Source of the DNA: Dehalococcoides mccartyi
GTDB taxonomy: Bacteria > Chloroflexota > Dehalococcoidia > GIF9 > DYGU01
Assembly (NCBI GenBank): GCA_020724525.1
Contig: DYGU01000006.1
Location: 13,210-77,209 of the forward strand
Reading direction: 5' to 3'
DNA: 64,000 nucleotides
This document shows positions 30,826 through 38,381 of the stretch, piece by piece. A program made the translations under genes and the position numbers. The notes beneath the pieces are model-generated. The model was not told the DNA's origin. It did not search any database and saw nothing but the letters and a program-made list of their open reading frames with translations. Each line of letters opens with the position of its first letter. Positions within the stretch are counted from its first letter, which is position 1.

Positions 30826-30860
30826 AAGAAACTACCCTGATAACTTCAGGGTAGTTTCTT
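30826..30860 (-). terminator. perfect 15-bp inverted repeat (terminator of the NtrC-type gene and/or activator binding site)
   Basis: aagaaactaccctga-taact-tcagggtagtttctt. On the minus strand it is followed by GTTTT, which runs into the -24 element. Confidence 0.45.
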
Positions 30861-30924
30861 GTTTGTGTCGATTCGCTTTTATGGCTGATGAAGACTACAT
30901 CATAAGTATAAAGAAATTAAACAG

Positions 30925-32286
30925 TCATTTGTCTATTTTATTTACAACAAGGTCATGTGTTTTTACCTTGTTATAGAGGGTCATTCGAGTGATGCCTAAT
31001 ATTTTTGCCGCCTGGCTCAGGTTTCCTTTAGTTTGTCTAAGTACACTCAGGATGTGGCTCTTTTCCAATTCTTTGAGGCTCTTGTCACTGCTCACAGGAG
31101 CTAAAGGTAGATTTTGGTAAGCCAGGTCAGCTAAAGTTACCAGGCTATCTTTAGCTAAAATAACAGCTCTTTCAATGGCATTTTCCAATTCTCGGACATT
31201 GCCCGGCCAGTGGTATTTCAGAAGGAATTCTTTAGCTTCGGGGGCAAAGCCAGCTATTTCTTTTTGATTTTCCAGAGAGAACTTTTTTAGAAAGTGCTCC
31301 GCCAGAAGGGGAATATCTTCCCTTCTTTCTCTTAAAGGTGGTAAATCTATAGTTACCACATTCAGCCGATAATAAAGGTCTTCTCGGAATTGACCTTGCG
31401 CCACCGCTTTTTTCAAGTCTTTGTTAGTAGCTGAGATAATACGCACATTTACTTTTATAGGCTCATTGCCACCCACCCGAGTGAATTCTTTTTCCTCAGT
31501 GACTCTCAGTAAATGAACCTGGGTGTTAGGGCTTATGTCTCCTATTTCGTCGAGAAACAAAGTGCCCTTATTAGCATATTCAAACTTACCCTTTTTTTGG
31601 GCAATAGCACCAGTGAAAGAACCTTTTTCGTGCCCAAAAAGCTCACTTCCTAAAAGAGTCTCTGAAAGAGCGGCACAGCTTATGGCAACAAAAGGCTTGT
31701 CCTTGCGGGGACTCAAATTATGGACCGCTCGAGCAATAAGTTCCTTACCACTGCCGCTTTCTCCAGTAATCAAGACAGTAGCGTTGCTCTTAGCTATTAC
31801 CTTCACCATTTCAAAAATTTGTTGCATTCGATTACTTTTGGCGATGATATTTTCAAAACGATAGCGGTCTTCCAGTTTCTGGCGCAAGGAGATATTTTCC
31901 TTTATTAGCTTCTGGTGCTCCACCAATTTTTTGATGACCAATTCTACTCTCTCGGGACAGAAAGGCTTCTCAATATAGTCGTAAGCACCCTCTTTGATAG
32001 CAGCAATAGCTGTAGCTATACTGCCATAAGCGGTAATGATAATTATTGGAATATCAGGTGAGAGTTCCTTTACTCTTTTGGTTAACTCGATTCCGTCCAT
32101 CCCCGGCATTACCAAGTCAGCAATAATAATGTCTGGAGTTTCTCTTTGAGCCAGTTGTAAGGCTTCACTCCCATTAGAAGCCGTGGAGACGCTGTAGCCG
32201 ATGTCTTTCAGCCACTCCCAGAGGGACTCGCGGATACTGGCTTCGTCATCAACGATTAAAATCCTGGCTGTTTCCTTCAATGGCAA
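30925..32286 (-). CDS. sigma-54-dependent transcriptional response regulator (NtrC family: REC + AAA+ + Fis-type HTH)
   Basis: 453 aa. The REC domain has DDEASIRESL...D. The AAA+ domain has Walker A GESGSGKE, the GAFTGA-type motif GSFTGA, and an ESELFGHEKG loop. The C-terminal HTH is QAAKILGITRMTLYNKVK. Confidence 0.85.
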   Translation of the reverse strand: MPLKETARILIVDDEASIRESLWEWLKDIGYSVSTASNGSEALQLAQRETPDIIIADLVMPGMDGIELTKRVKELSPDIPIIIITAYGSIATAIAAIKEGAYDYIEKPFCPERVELVIKKLVEHQKLIKENISLRQKLEDRYRFENIIAKSNRMQQIFEMVKVIAKSNATVLITGESGSGKELIARAVHNLSPRKDKPFVAISCAALSETLLGSELFGHEKGSFTGAIAQKKGKFEYANKGTLFLDEIGDISPNTQVHLLRVTEEKEFTRVGGNEPIKVNVRIISATNKDLKKAVAQGQFREDLYYRLNVVTIDLPPLRERREDIPLLAEHFLKKFSLENQKEIAGFAPEAKEFLLKYHWPGNVRELENAIERAVILAKDSLVTLADLAYQNLPLAPVSSDKSLKELEKSHILSVLRQTKGNLSQAAKILGITRMTLYNKVKTHDLVVNKIDK

Positions 32287-34238
32287 GCCTCCAGATAAAC
32301 AGTGAAAGTGGTTCCCTTACCTACCTCGCTATCAACCTTGATTCTACCCTTGTGCCTTTGGATAATGCCATGCACTACTGCCAGCCCCAAGCCAACCCCT
32401 TTCTCCCTCTCTTTGGTAGTGAAAAAAGGAGTGAACAATCGGCGCCTATTTTCTTTAGGGATACCACAGCCAGTGTCGGCTACATCTACTTTAACCCACT
32501 CTTGCTTCTTGCCACCGACTCCCTCTTCAGATATTATCTCTGTCTGCAAGGTTAATCTCCCCCCTTGAGGCATAGCCTGGACAGCATTAAGGATGAGATT
32601 GGTAAAAACCTGACAGAGCTGGTCAAAATCAGCCGTGACCAGACAGCCCTCACCACGGAATTTCTTAACTATTTCCACATTTTGCAATTGAGCTTGATGG
32701 CTGACCAAAGACAAAGCTTGGTCAATAACTTGGTTAGCATCAACTACTTTCAATCTTGGCTCAGACTGTCGGGCAAAATCGAGCAGATTTCGAATTATTC
32801 CGGAACTGCGGCTGACTTCAGCTTCTATTTTTGATAGATAACTCAAGGCTTCTTCTTTAGGTAATCCATCACCACCTAATCTTTTAGACAGGAGTCGGGC
32901 ATAAACTAAAACCCCAGTTAAGGGATTATTTAGTTCGTGAGCAATAGCTGCGGCTAATTGTCCCAGAGAAGTTAATTTTTCCGCCTGAATAAGCTGTTCC
33001 TGAGTTGCCTTTAGGCGCTTGACGACAAAGGGCCAGCACATTTCATTCTCGGCTAAGCCGCGGTAGATAGCAATAGCTTTTTCCCGGCAGGTTTTATAGC
33101 CGCAGGCACCACAGTTGAGTTCATCCTCGGGCTTGGTCTTGTCGGTCAAACTCAAAACACCTCGGATTTCTTCTTCAGTGGGGTAGGGGAGGGAGATATA
33201 GCGATTGGTAAACCGTCGCCTTAAATTTAGATCGCCATATCTTATTAAGTCTTTTTCCGTCTGCTCTGGGTCGGTTTCTTTCAAGGTGTATTCAGTAATA
33301 ATTTGTTTTTTCTTAAAATAATTTAATTCGCTTCTAATTGACGGACCGCTGACACAACCTTCACACATAAAAAGCTCAGCGAAGTTAACTCTAATGTCCC
33401 CTTTGTCAATCTCGTGAATAATTTCCAGCACCCTTTCGGCACCTTCCCCCACTACAGCCTCTTTATCCAAAGGATCGGTGGAAACTCCGATTGCTTTACA
33501 AAATCCACCAGAAATAGCACATAATCGCCCCAAATTTGGTTTGGGACCGAAAAAGGGAGTCTCCCCTAAACTGGCCGGGTCGATAGCTTTTTGGGCAAGA
33601 AGTTCTTCAAGTTCATCAAAGGTTAAAACAGCGTCAATTACACCACCTACCTTCTCATCATCCCGCTCTGCCCTCTTGGCAACACTGGGGGCGATAAAGA
33701 CCACCTTTGTCTCAGGTGGGTAGTATTTCTTAATCAACCTACCCATAGCAATCATGGGGGGCACAATAGGCGCTAAGTTATCAATTAACTGGGGGTAATA
33801 TTTCTCAATATAATAGACTACAGCCGGACATTGAGCGCTAATAATTGGTTTTTGCTTGCTTGTCTTTATTAGTTTTCGGTATTCCTGAATAATGAGGTCA
33901 GCACCAAAGGCTCCTTCTACTACTTGGTTGAACCCCAGTTCTAAGAGAGCAGTTACCAGTTGCCTTGGGCGGATTTCGGGAAAGGCTACCGGGAAGGAAT
34001 AATCAAGGCAAGCGATAGGTGCCGGGGATTTACTCAGTAAAACCCTTGTCGCTCCGATATCGCTTTCTATTTGCTTGGCTTTCTGGCTACAGACTCGGAC
34101 ACAGTTACCACAAGCAATACACCGTTCCTTCATCACTTCAGCCAAGCCCTCTTCCACTTTAATGGCATTAGCTGGACAGCTACGGATACAAGCATAGCAA
34201 CCCTTGCAATTGTCTTTATTAGTGAAGATGACCGCCAT
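32277..34238 (-). CDS. sensor histidine kinase with N-terminal 2x[4Fe-4S] ferredoxin + degenerate [FeFe]-hydrogenase H-cluster-like domain (HydS-like sensory module)
   Basis: 653 aa. The N-terminus has CKGCYACIRSCP and CIACGNCVRVC ferredoxin motifs. A ~300 aa region follows with hydrogenase-like L1/L2/L3 remnants (SAQCPAVV, IAPSVAKRAE with Cys replaced by Ser, ELFMCEGCVSGP). HisKA (AAAIAHELNNPLT) and HATPase_c (GCGIPKENRRRLFTPFFTTK...GLGL) domains follow. It overlaps the NtrC-type gene by 10 nt. Confidence 0.8.
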   Translation of the reverse strand: MAVIFTNKDNCKGCYACIRSCPANAIKVEEGLAEVMKERCIACGNCVRVCSQKAKQIESDIGATRVLLSKSPAPIACLDYSFPVAFPEIRPRQLVTALLELGFNQVVEGAFGADLIIQEYRKLIKTSKQKPIISAQCPAVVYYIEKYYPQLIDNLAPIVPPMIAMGRLIKKYYPPETKVVFIAPSVAKRAERDDEKVGGVIDAVLTFDELEELLAQKAIDPASLGETPFFGPKPNLGRLCAISGGFCKAIGVSTDPLDKEAVVGEGAERVLEIIHEIDKGDIRVNFAELFMCEGCVSGPSIRSELNYFKKKQIITEYTLKETDPEQTEKDLIRYGDLNLRRRFTNRYISLPYPTEEEIRGVLSLTDKTKPEDELNCGACGYKTCREKAIAIYRGLAENEMCWPFVVKRLKATQEQLIQAEKLTSLGQLAAAIAHELNNPLTGVLVYARLLSKRLGGDGLPKEEALSYLSKIEAEVSRSSGIIRNLLDFARQSEPRLKVVDANQVIDQALSLVSHQAQLQNVEIVKKFRGEGCLVTADFDQLCQVFTNLILNAVQAMPQGGRLTLQTEIISEEGVGGKKQEWVKVDVADTGCGIPKENRRRLFTPFFTTKEREKGVGLGLAVVHGIIQRHKGRIKVDSEVGKGTTFTVYLEACH

Positions 34239-34266
34239 TTTCGCTAACCTTTCTAAAGTTATTAAA

Positions 34267-34340
34267 GAGAGTGTTTATTTTGTCACCCTCACCTTATTCC
34301 TCTCCCTTCAAGGGAGAGGGTAGGTGAGCGTTTCTCCACT
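34267..34340 (-). repeat. intergenic repeat family A copy (reverse orientation, truncated)
   Basis: gagagtgtttattttgtcaccctcaccttattcctctcccttcaagggagagggtaggtgagcg is the reverse complement of the hairpin core of the 20024 and 20766 copies. It lies between rpoN and the kinase gene. Confidence 0.65.
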
Positions 34341-34345
34341 TAAGA

Positions 34346-35443
34346 TTATTTATTTGTCATTGCCAAGAGTCTCCTTTGTCGTGAGGATGGGATTTTTAGC
34401 TCTTTCCTGAGACTGGCTATAGTACGTCGGGACAGATATACGCCAAATTTCCTCTCCAGACTAACCTTTATTTTCTGGTCACTAAGAGGTTTTGCCTCTT
34501 GTTCAAGAATTTGCTTGAGCAACTCCTTTCGGAACTTCTTAGGGTTTGGGAAAAAGTCTTTAAGTGCTCTTTCGCCCCAGGGAGTTTCAAGACTTTTATT
34601 AGCGATAACTCGGCTGATAGTGCTTGGGGTTAAGCCAATTTTGGATGCCAGTTCCTTTTGACTGAAAGGCAACAACGCTTTTGGGTTGCCCGATTCAAAA
34701 AATGGAGTTTGCTTTTCAACAATGTTCTGTATTACCTGGTGTAAACTATTTTTCCGGCTATTTATTAACTCTAACTTTCGTAAGAGCTGCCTTATCTCTT
34801 TGACTTCGGTATTGTTGAAAACTCCGTCGTGGAGTAACTGTTCCAGCTTCATATAATCAACAACAAATTTACCTCGGGCATAAGCTGGGGAGAAGTAAGC
34901 AACAGATAACCCCTCAGTTCCCCTTTCTATTGCGGCAACTTTGGAATAATGTTTTCCTTTGTCTGAGATAGAAGAAGGGTGGTAGAACTCGGTGGCAATG
35001 GAAAATTCGTCAATAAGACTGTTTATTTTAGACACTTCTGAAACTTCCAGCTGACACTGGTGGGCAATTTCCTCAACAGTAATCCCGGGCTCCGGGTATA
35101 AGAAATATTGTTTGAAATTGTCTATACCCAGATTTCTGATTAGACCAACCAGTTCCTCTTTATTGGCGATCAAAGATTCCACATCAACCGAGCTTGGGGC
35201 GGCGACAATTTCCTCTTTAAGTTCATAAAAACGGCGAGAAAGATTGGCTTTTGGGAATCGTTGATAGTGAATTACCTTCTCTTGTTCCCGGAGGCGCTTA
35301 AATAGTGAGCTCTTTTCTACCCCAAAAATTAAATACTGGAACTCCACTTCCGACATTTCCAGCAAATTGGCCTGCTCTATTCGGAGAAAAAGTTTGAGTT
35401 CTTGTCTTGTTTCCAGAGATTGGGTTATGTTTGGATTTACCAC
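34346..35443 (-). CDS. rpoN: RNA polymerase sigma-54 factor (short form)
   Basis: 365 aa. The C-terminal RpoN box (YLSRRTIASLRKELKIPSSRQRR) and the HTH (ASKIGLTPSTISRVIANKS) are present. The Leu/Gln-rich N-terminal region I is short. The protein is shorter than typical RpoN (450-500 aa). Confidence 0.8.
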   Translation of the reverse strand: MVNPNITQSLETRQELKLFLRIEQANLLEMSEVEFQYLIFGVEKSSLFKRLREQEKVIHYQRFPKANLSRRFYELKEEIVAAPSSVDVESLIANKEELVGLIRNLGIDNFKQYFLYPEPGITVEEIAHQCQLEVSEVSKINSLIDEFSIATEFYHPSSISDKGKHYSKVAAIERGTEGLSVAYFSPAYARGKFVVDYMKLEQLLHDGVFNNTEVKEIRQLLRKLELINSRKNSLHQVIQNIVEKQTPFFESGNPKALLPFSQKELASKIGLTPSTISRVIANKSLETPWGERALKDFFPNPKKFRKELLKQILEQEAKPLSDQKIKVSLERKFGVYLSRRTIASLRKELKIPSSRQRRLLAMTNK

Positions 35444-35514
35444 TGTAAAAATATTTTACTACTCCTGGGCGAATGGGGCAAACTGACGGGGACAGAATTT
35501 TCCCCCGGGCCTCA

Positions 35515-35817
35515 CTATCCCCTCTGCAAGGATCGAGCTATCATCTCCTGACCTTCCTGGAGCCTTGTAAATCCTTCCTTGAGGTGCCTGGCTATTGACT
35601 GTTGCCCCTCACTAATCTCTTTTAGCCCGTCCATAAGCACTTTCTGTCCTTCCCTAATCTCTCTTAGCCCGTCCATAAGCGCTCTTTGCCCGTCAACAAG
35701 CGCTTTTTGCCCGTCCATAAGCAACCTCATATTGCGTCCATTTGCTCTCCAGATATAAGCAAGGATTACACCGAGAAAAGCCAGGGCTGCTCCTATCATT
35801 CCTGTGGCTATTTCCAT
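35515..35817 (-). CDS. small single-pass membrane protein with coiled-coil repeats (paralog 3 of 4)
   Basis: 100 aa with the TM helix MIGAALAFLGVILAYIW. It carries LMDGQ-type decapeptide repeats (LLMDGQKALVDGQRALMDGLREIREGQKVLMDGLKEISEGQQ). Confidence 0.5.
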   Translation of the reverse strand: MEIATGMIGAALAFLGVILAYIWRANGRNMRLLMDGQKALVDGQRALMDGLREIREGQKVLMDGLKEISEGQQSIARHLKEGFTRLQEGQEMIARSLQRG

Positions 35818-36006
35818 TTATGGTCTCCTTCTGATTTTTTCAAACTTCTCACCTGATAATATCCCCGTTTCCGATTTTAGTCAAGGAAGAATTTGAGATT
35901 GATTATTGCTGCCTGGTCAGTGGGCTCGGTCTCGTTATAACAGCCGGGGAGAGAGAAACATCCGAGTAATCGGTTCGGCAGACCCAGGCGGAAACGATTT
36001 TTATCC

Positions 36007-36408
36007 TTAACCCTTTAAAGGACCAAGGGCTCTCACCTTTTCCGTCATTTCATTTACGACAGAGACAAAGCGGTCACCTTCTGAAGCTGACACCCAGTCC
36101 AATCTCAGTCTTTCCTCTTCAATCCCCATCTGGACTAACATTTTCTTTAGTAATGGTATACGCCGTATAGTCTTATAATTACCTTCGGTATAATGACAAT
36201 CTCCGGGGTGACAACCAAGAGCCAAAACTCCATTAGCACCCAACTAGAAAGCCTTAAGGATAAAGGTAAGCTCCACTCTGCCACTACACATTACTCTTAT
36301 TGTTCTGACATTATGGGCACACTTCATCCTGGCTGTCCCAGCCAGGTCTGCTCCCCGGTAGGAACACCAGTTACACAGGGAACCGATAATCTTAGGTTTA
36401 AAGCTCAT
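36007..36408 (-). pseudogene. MvhD-like hydrogenase/heterodisulfide-reductase-associated Fe-S subunit with an in-frame TAG
   Basis: Hand translation from ATG 36408 gives [54 protein letters not shown]. An in-frame TAG (36244..36246) follows. It then continues LGANGVLALGCHPGDCHYTEGNYKTIRR..., which is the MvhD signature. The track shows only the distal 78 aa. Confidence 0.65.
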
Positions 36409-36431
36409 ACTAATACCCCCCTATTCTAATT

Positions 36432-36790
36432 CCTAAATCTTTTCAATATATGACCTCAGGTCACCCAGATACCCCTCCATTTCGTCGAAGCTTAAAGTGC
36501 CATCGTAGTAACCTTGTATGTGAAAGACATCTCTGAGAAATAAATAATGCCATCTAAGCTCTCTGTCAGCATATTTGAAAACCAAGTATCTTCTCCCCCT
36601 ATCGCCTGAGGTAGCTGCTCTTCTTTGATTCCCTTCTTAATCAAAAGACTATGAGTAGCTTCTATGGTGGAGAACCAACTTTTGGCACAAGCATCCCTTA
36701 AAAGTGTGCCGTCATTTTTCTGTCTTGCCCTGTCAAACTCCTCAAATGCCTTTTCGTAGAGCCTTCTTGCTTCTTTCAGATGATTTTCTG
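36432..36790 (-). pseudogene. small helical (HEPN-like?) gene remnant with a frameshift and no canonical start
   Basis: The minus strand reads ...LSSENHLKEARRLYEKAFEEFDRARQKNDGTLLRDACAKSWFSTIEATHSLLIKKGIKEEQLPQAIGG. It then continues in the +1 frame (RRYLVFKYADRELRWHYLFLRDVFHIQGYYDGTLSFDEMEGYLGDLRSYIEKI). A strong AAGGAGAT Shine-Dalgarno-like sequence lies upstream but no ATG/GTG/TTG start follows. The family assignment is uncertain. Confidence 0.3.
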
Positions 36791-36793
36791 AAC

Positions 36794-37933
36794 TCAGATT
36801 ATCTCCTTAACATCTTTAATTTCAATAACATCAGCTTTATCCATAGTAAGCACGCTGTCATCAAAATTGAGGATACAGTAAGGGTAGGCTGTGGCTAAAA
36901 CTTCAGCTCCAACATCTATTGCCTGCTCTAACCTTATGTCCGAAAATCTTTCACCTTTTTTGGTTTCCTGCCAGATTCTGCCGCCACCACCACAGCAAAG
37001 GCTATTTTCTCGGCTATCCGGCATTTCCAGAAAATCCAGACCTAGAATGCTCTGTAGCAATTGCCGCGGGGTGTCGTATATATTGTTATGCCGCCCTAAG
37101 TAGCACGGGTCATGATAAGCTACCTTTTTCTTAATTTCCTTCCTAAACTTTAATCTTCCTTCTTCAAGTAGTTGCCTCAGGTACTGAGTGTAATGAAGGG
37201 TCTCAAAATTACTGCCAAGCTTAGGGTATTCATTTTTGAAGGTATGATAGCAATGGGGAAAGCTAACCACGACTGTCTTCATACCTTTTCCCCTAAAAGT
37301 AACGATGTTGCTCCTGGCTAACTTCTCAAAAAGCTCTTCATTCCCAGCTTTCCTAACGCTTTCGCCACAGCAGAGCTCTTCCGAGCCTAAAATACCAAAA
37401 TCTACCTCGGCTTTCTTAAAGATGTTAGCTAAAGAATGAGACATTCTTTTTACCTTAGGGTCATAAGCAGACACACAGCACGAAAAATATAAAAGCTCCT
37501 TATCTGGAGAAAACCTTTCTACACCCAAATCTTTCGCCCAATCGGCTCGCCTTTCGGCGGCTTCTCCCATAGGATTGCCCACAGCAGAGATATTTTCCAT
37601 AGTAAGTCTCAGTGAATCAGGCACATAACCTACCCCAAATCCTACTGGAATTCTACGCACAGCCCTCATGACATCTATTATCTCCACCCCTCGGGGACAC
37701 CGTTCAACACAAGCCCGACAGGTGACACAGAGCCACCAGATTTCGTCTTCAAAGTTAACCAGCCCTAATTATGTCTGACGCACCATCCGGCGAACAATGA
37801 AACTTCTCACCTGATTCCAGGGACAAATCCCACTACAGAGACCACATTGATAACACAGTTTAAAAGCTTCACCACCGGCTTCTTTTATGAAATCCAGAGT
37901 TTCTCGAGATGGGCTTACTGCCTGTACAGCCAT
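36794..37933 (-). pseudogene. HdrD/GlcF-like Fe-S oxidoreductase (4Fe-4S ferredoxin + two CCG domains) with an in-frame TAA
   Basis: Hand translation from ATG 37933 gives MAVQAVSPSRETLDFIKEAGGEAFKLCYQCGLCSGICPWNQVRSFIVRRMVRQT. An in-frame TAA (37769..37771) follows, then LGLVNFEDEIWWLCVTCRACVERCPRGVEIIDVMRAVRR... The 297 aa track ORF follows, carrying CCG motifs (FSCCVSAYDPKV, LCCGES, HDPCYLGRHN, LCCGGGG). Confidence 0.65.
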
Positions 37934-38117
37934 AATGTTTCTCCTTTTTTAGCCTATTATTTTTCTTCAGACAAACAAAAAAGGTAGTTATTTAGCCAAG
38001 TATTAGCGACATAACTACCGGGAAACAAAAGATAAATTTGAGCCAACATTACGCGGGTATTCTAAAACAGTTTTCAGCCTTTTGACAATGCCTTTTGTAA
38101 AAGAGTATTTATCAACC

Positions 38118-38300
38118 CCATTCTGTCATTGCGAGAGGCGTTAGCCCCGAAGCAATCCCAAGAGATTGCCGCGCTTCTTACACCCAGCCGAATCCTAGAT
38201 TCGGCTGGGAACCCGGTGTCGCCACAAAATCATAGATTTTGTGGGGTGTTCTTCGCTCGCAATGACGGGTAAGCATTAGTAAACATCTCTCTTGCAATGA
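38118..38300. repeat. intergenic repeat family B: MITE-like element with terminal inverted repeats (gtcattgcgag / ctcgcaatgac) and two internal hairpins
   Basis: gtcattgcgagaggcg...cagccgaatcCTAgattcggctg...ccacaaaatcATAgattttgtgg...ctcgcaatgac is followed by taagcattagtaaaca, a family A fragment. Partial relatives lie at 25770 and 26475. Confidence 0.6.
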
Positions 38301-38381
38301 TTTTTTAAAATGTAATCTCCTTTAATAGAGGGAGTAGGGTGAACTTTTATATGATAAAATAGCTGCTATTGATACTTATTC

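Noticed and set aside
29111-37771. Possibility that the in-frame TAA/TAG/TGA codons are recoded (selenocysteine, pyrrolysine or programmed readthrough)
   Set aside because: Selenocysteine uses TGA and replaces Cys. Here the TGA is in a HEPN toxin at a non-Cys position. The redox proteins carry TAA/TAG at non-Cys positions. No SECIS-like hairpins or pyl genes are visible in the window. Three different stop codons are involved, and normal genes terminate with all three. Pseudogenisation or sequencing error is more parsimonious.
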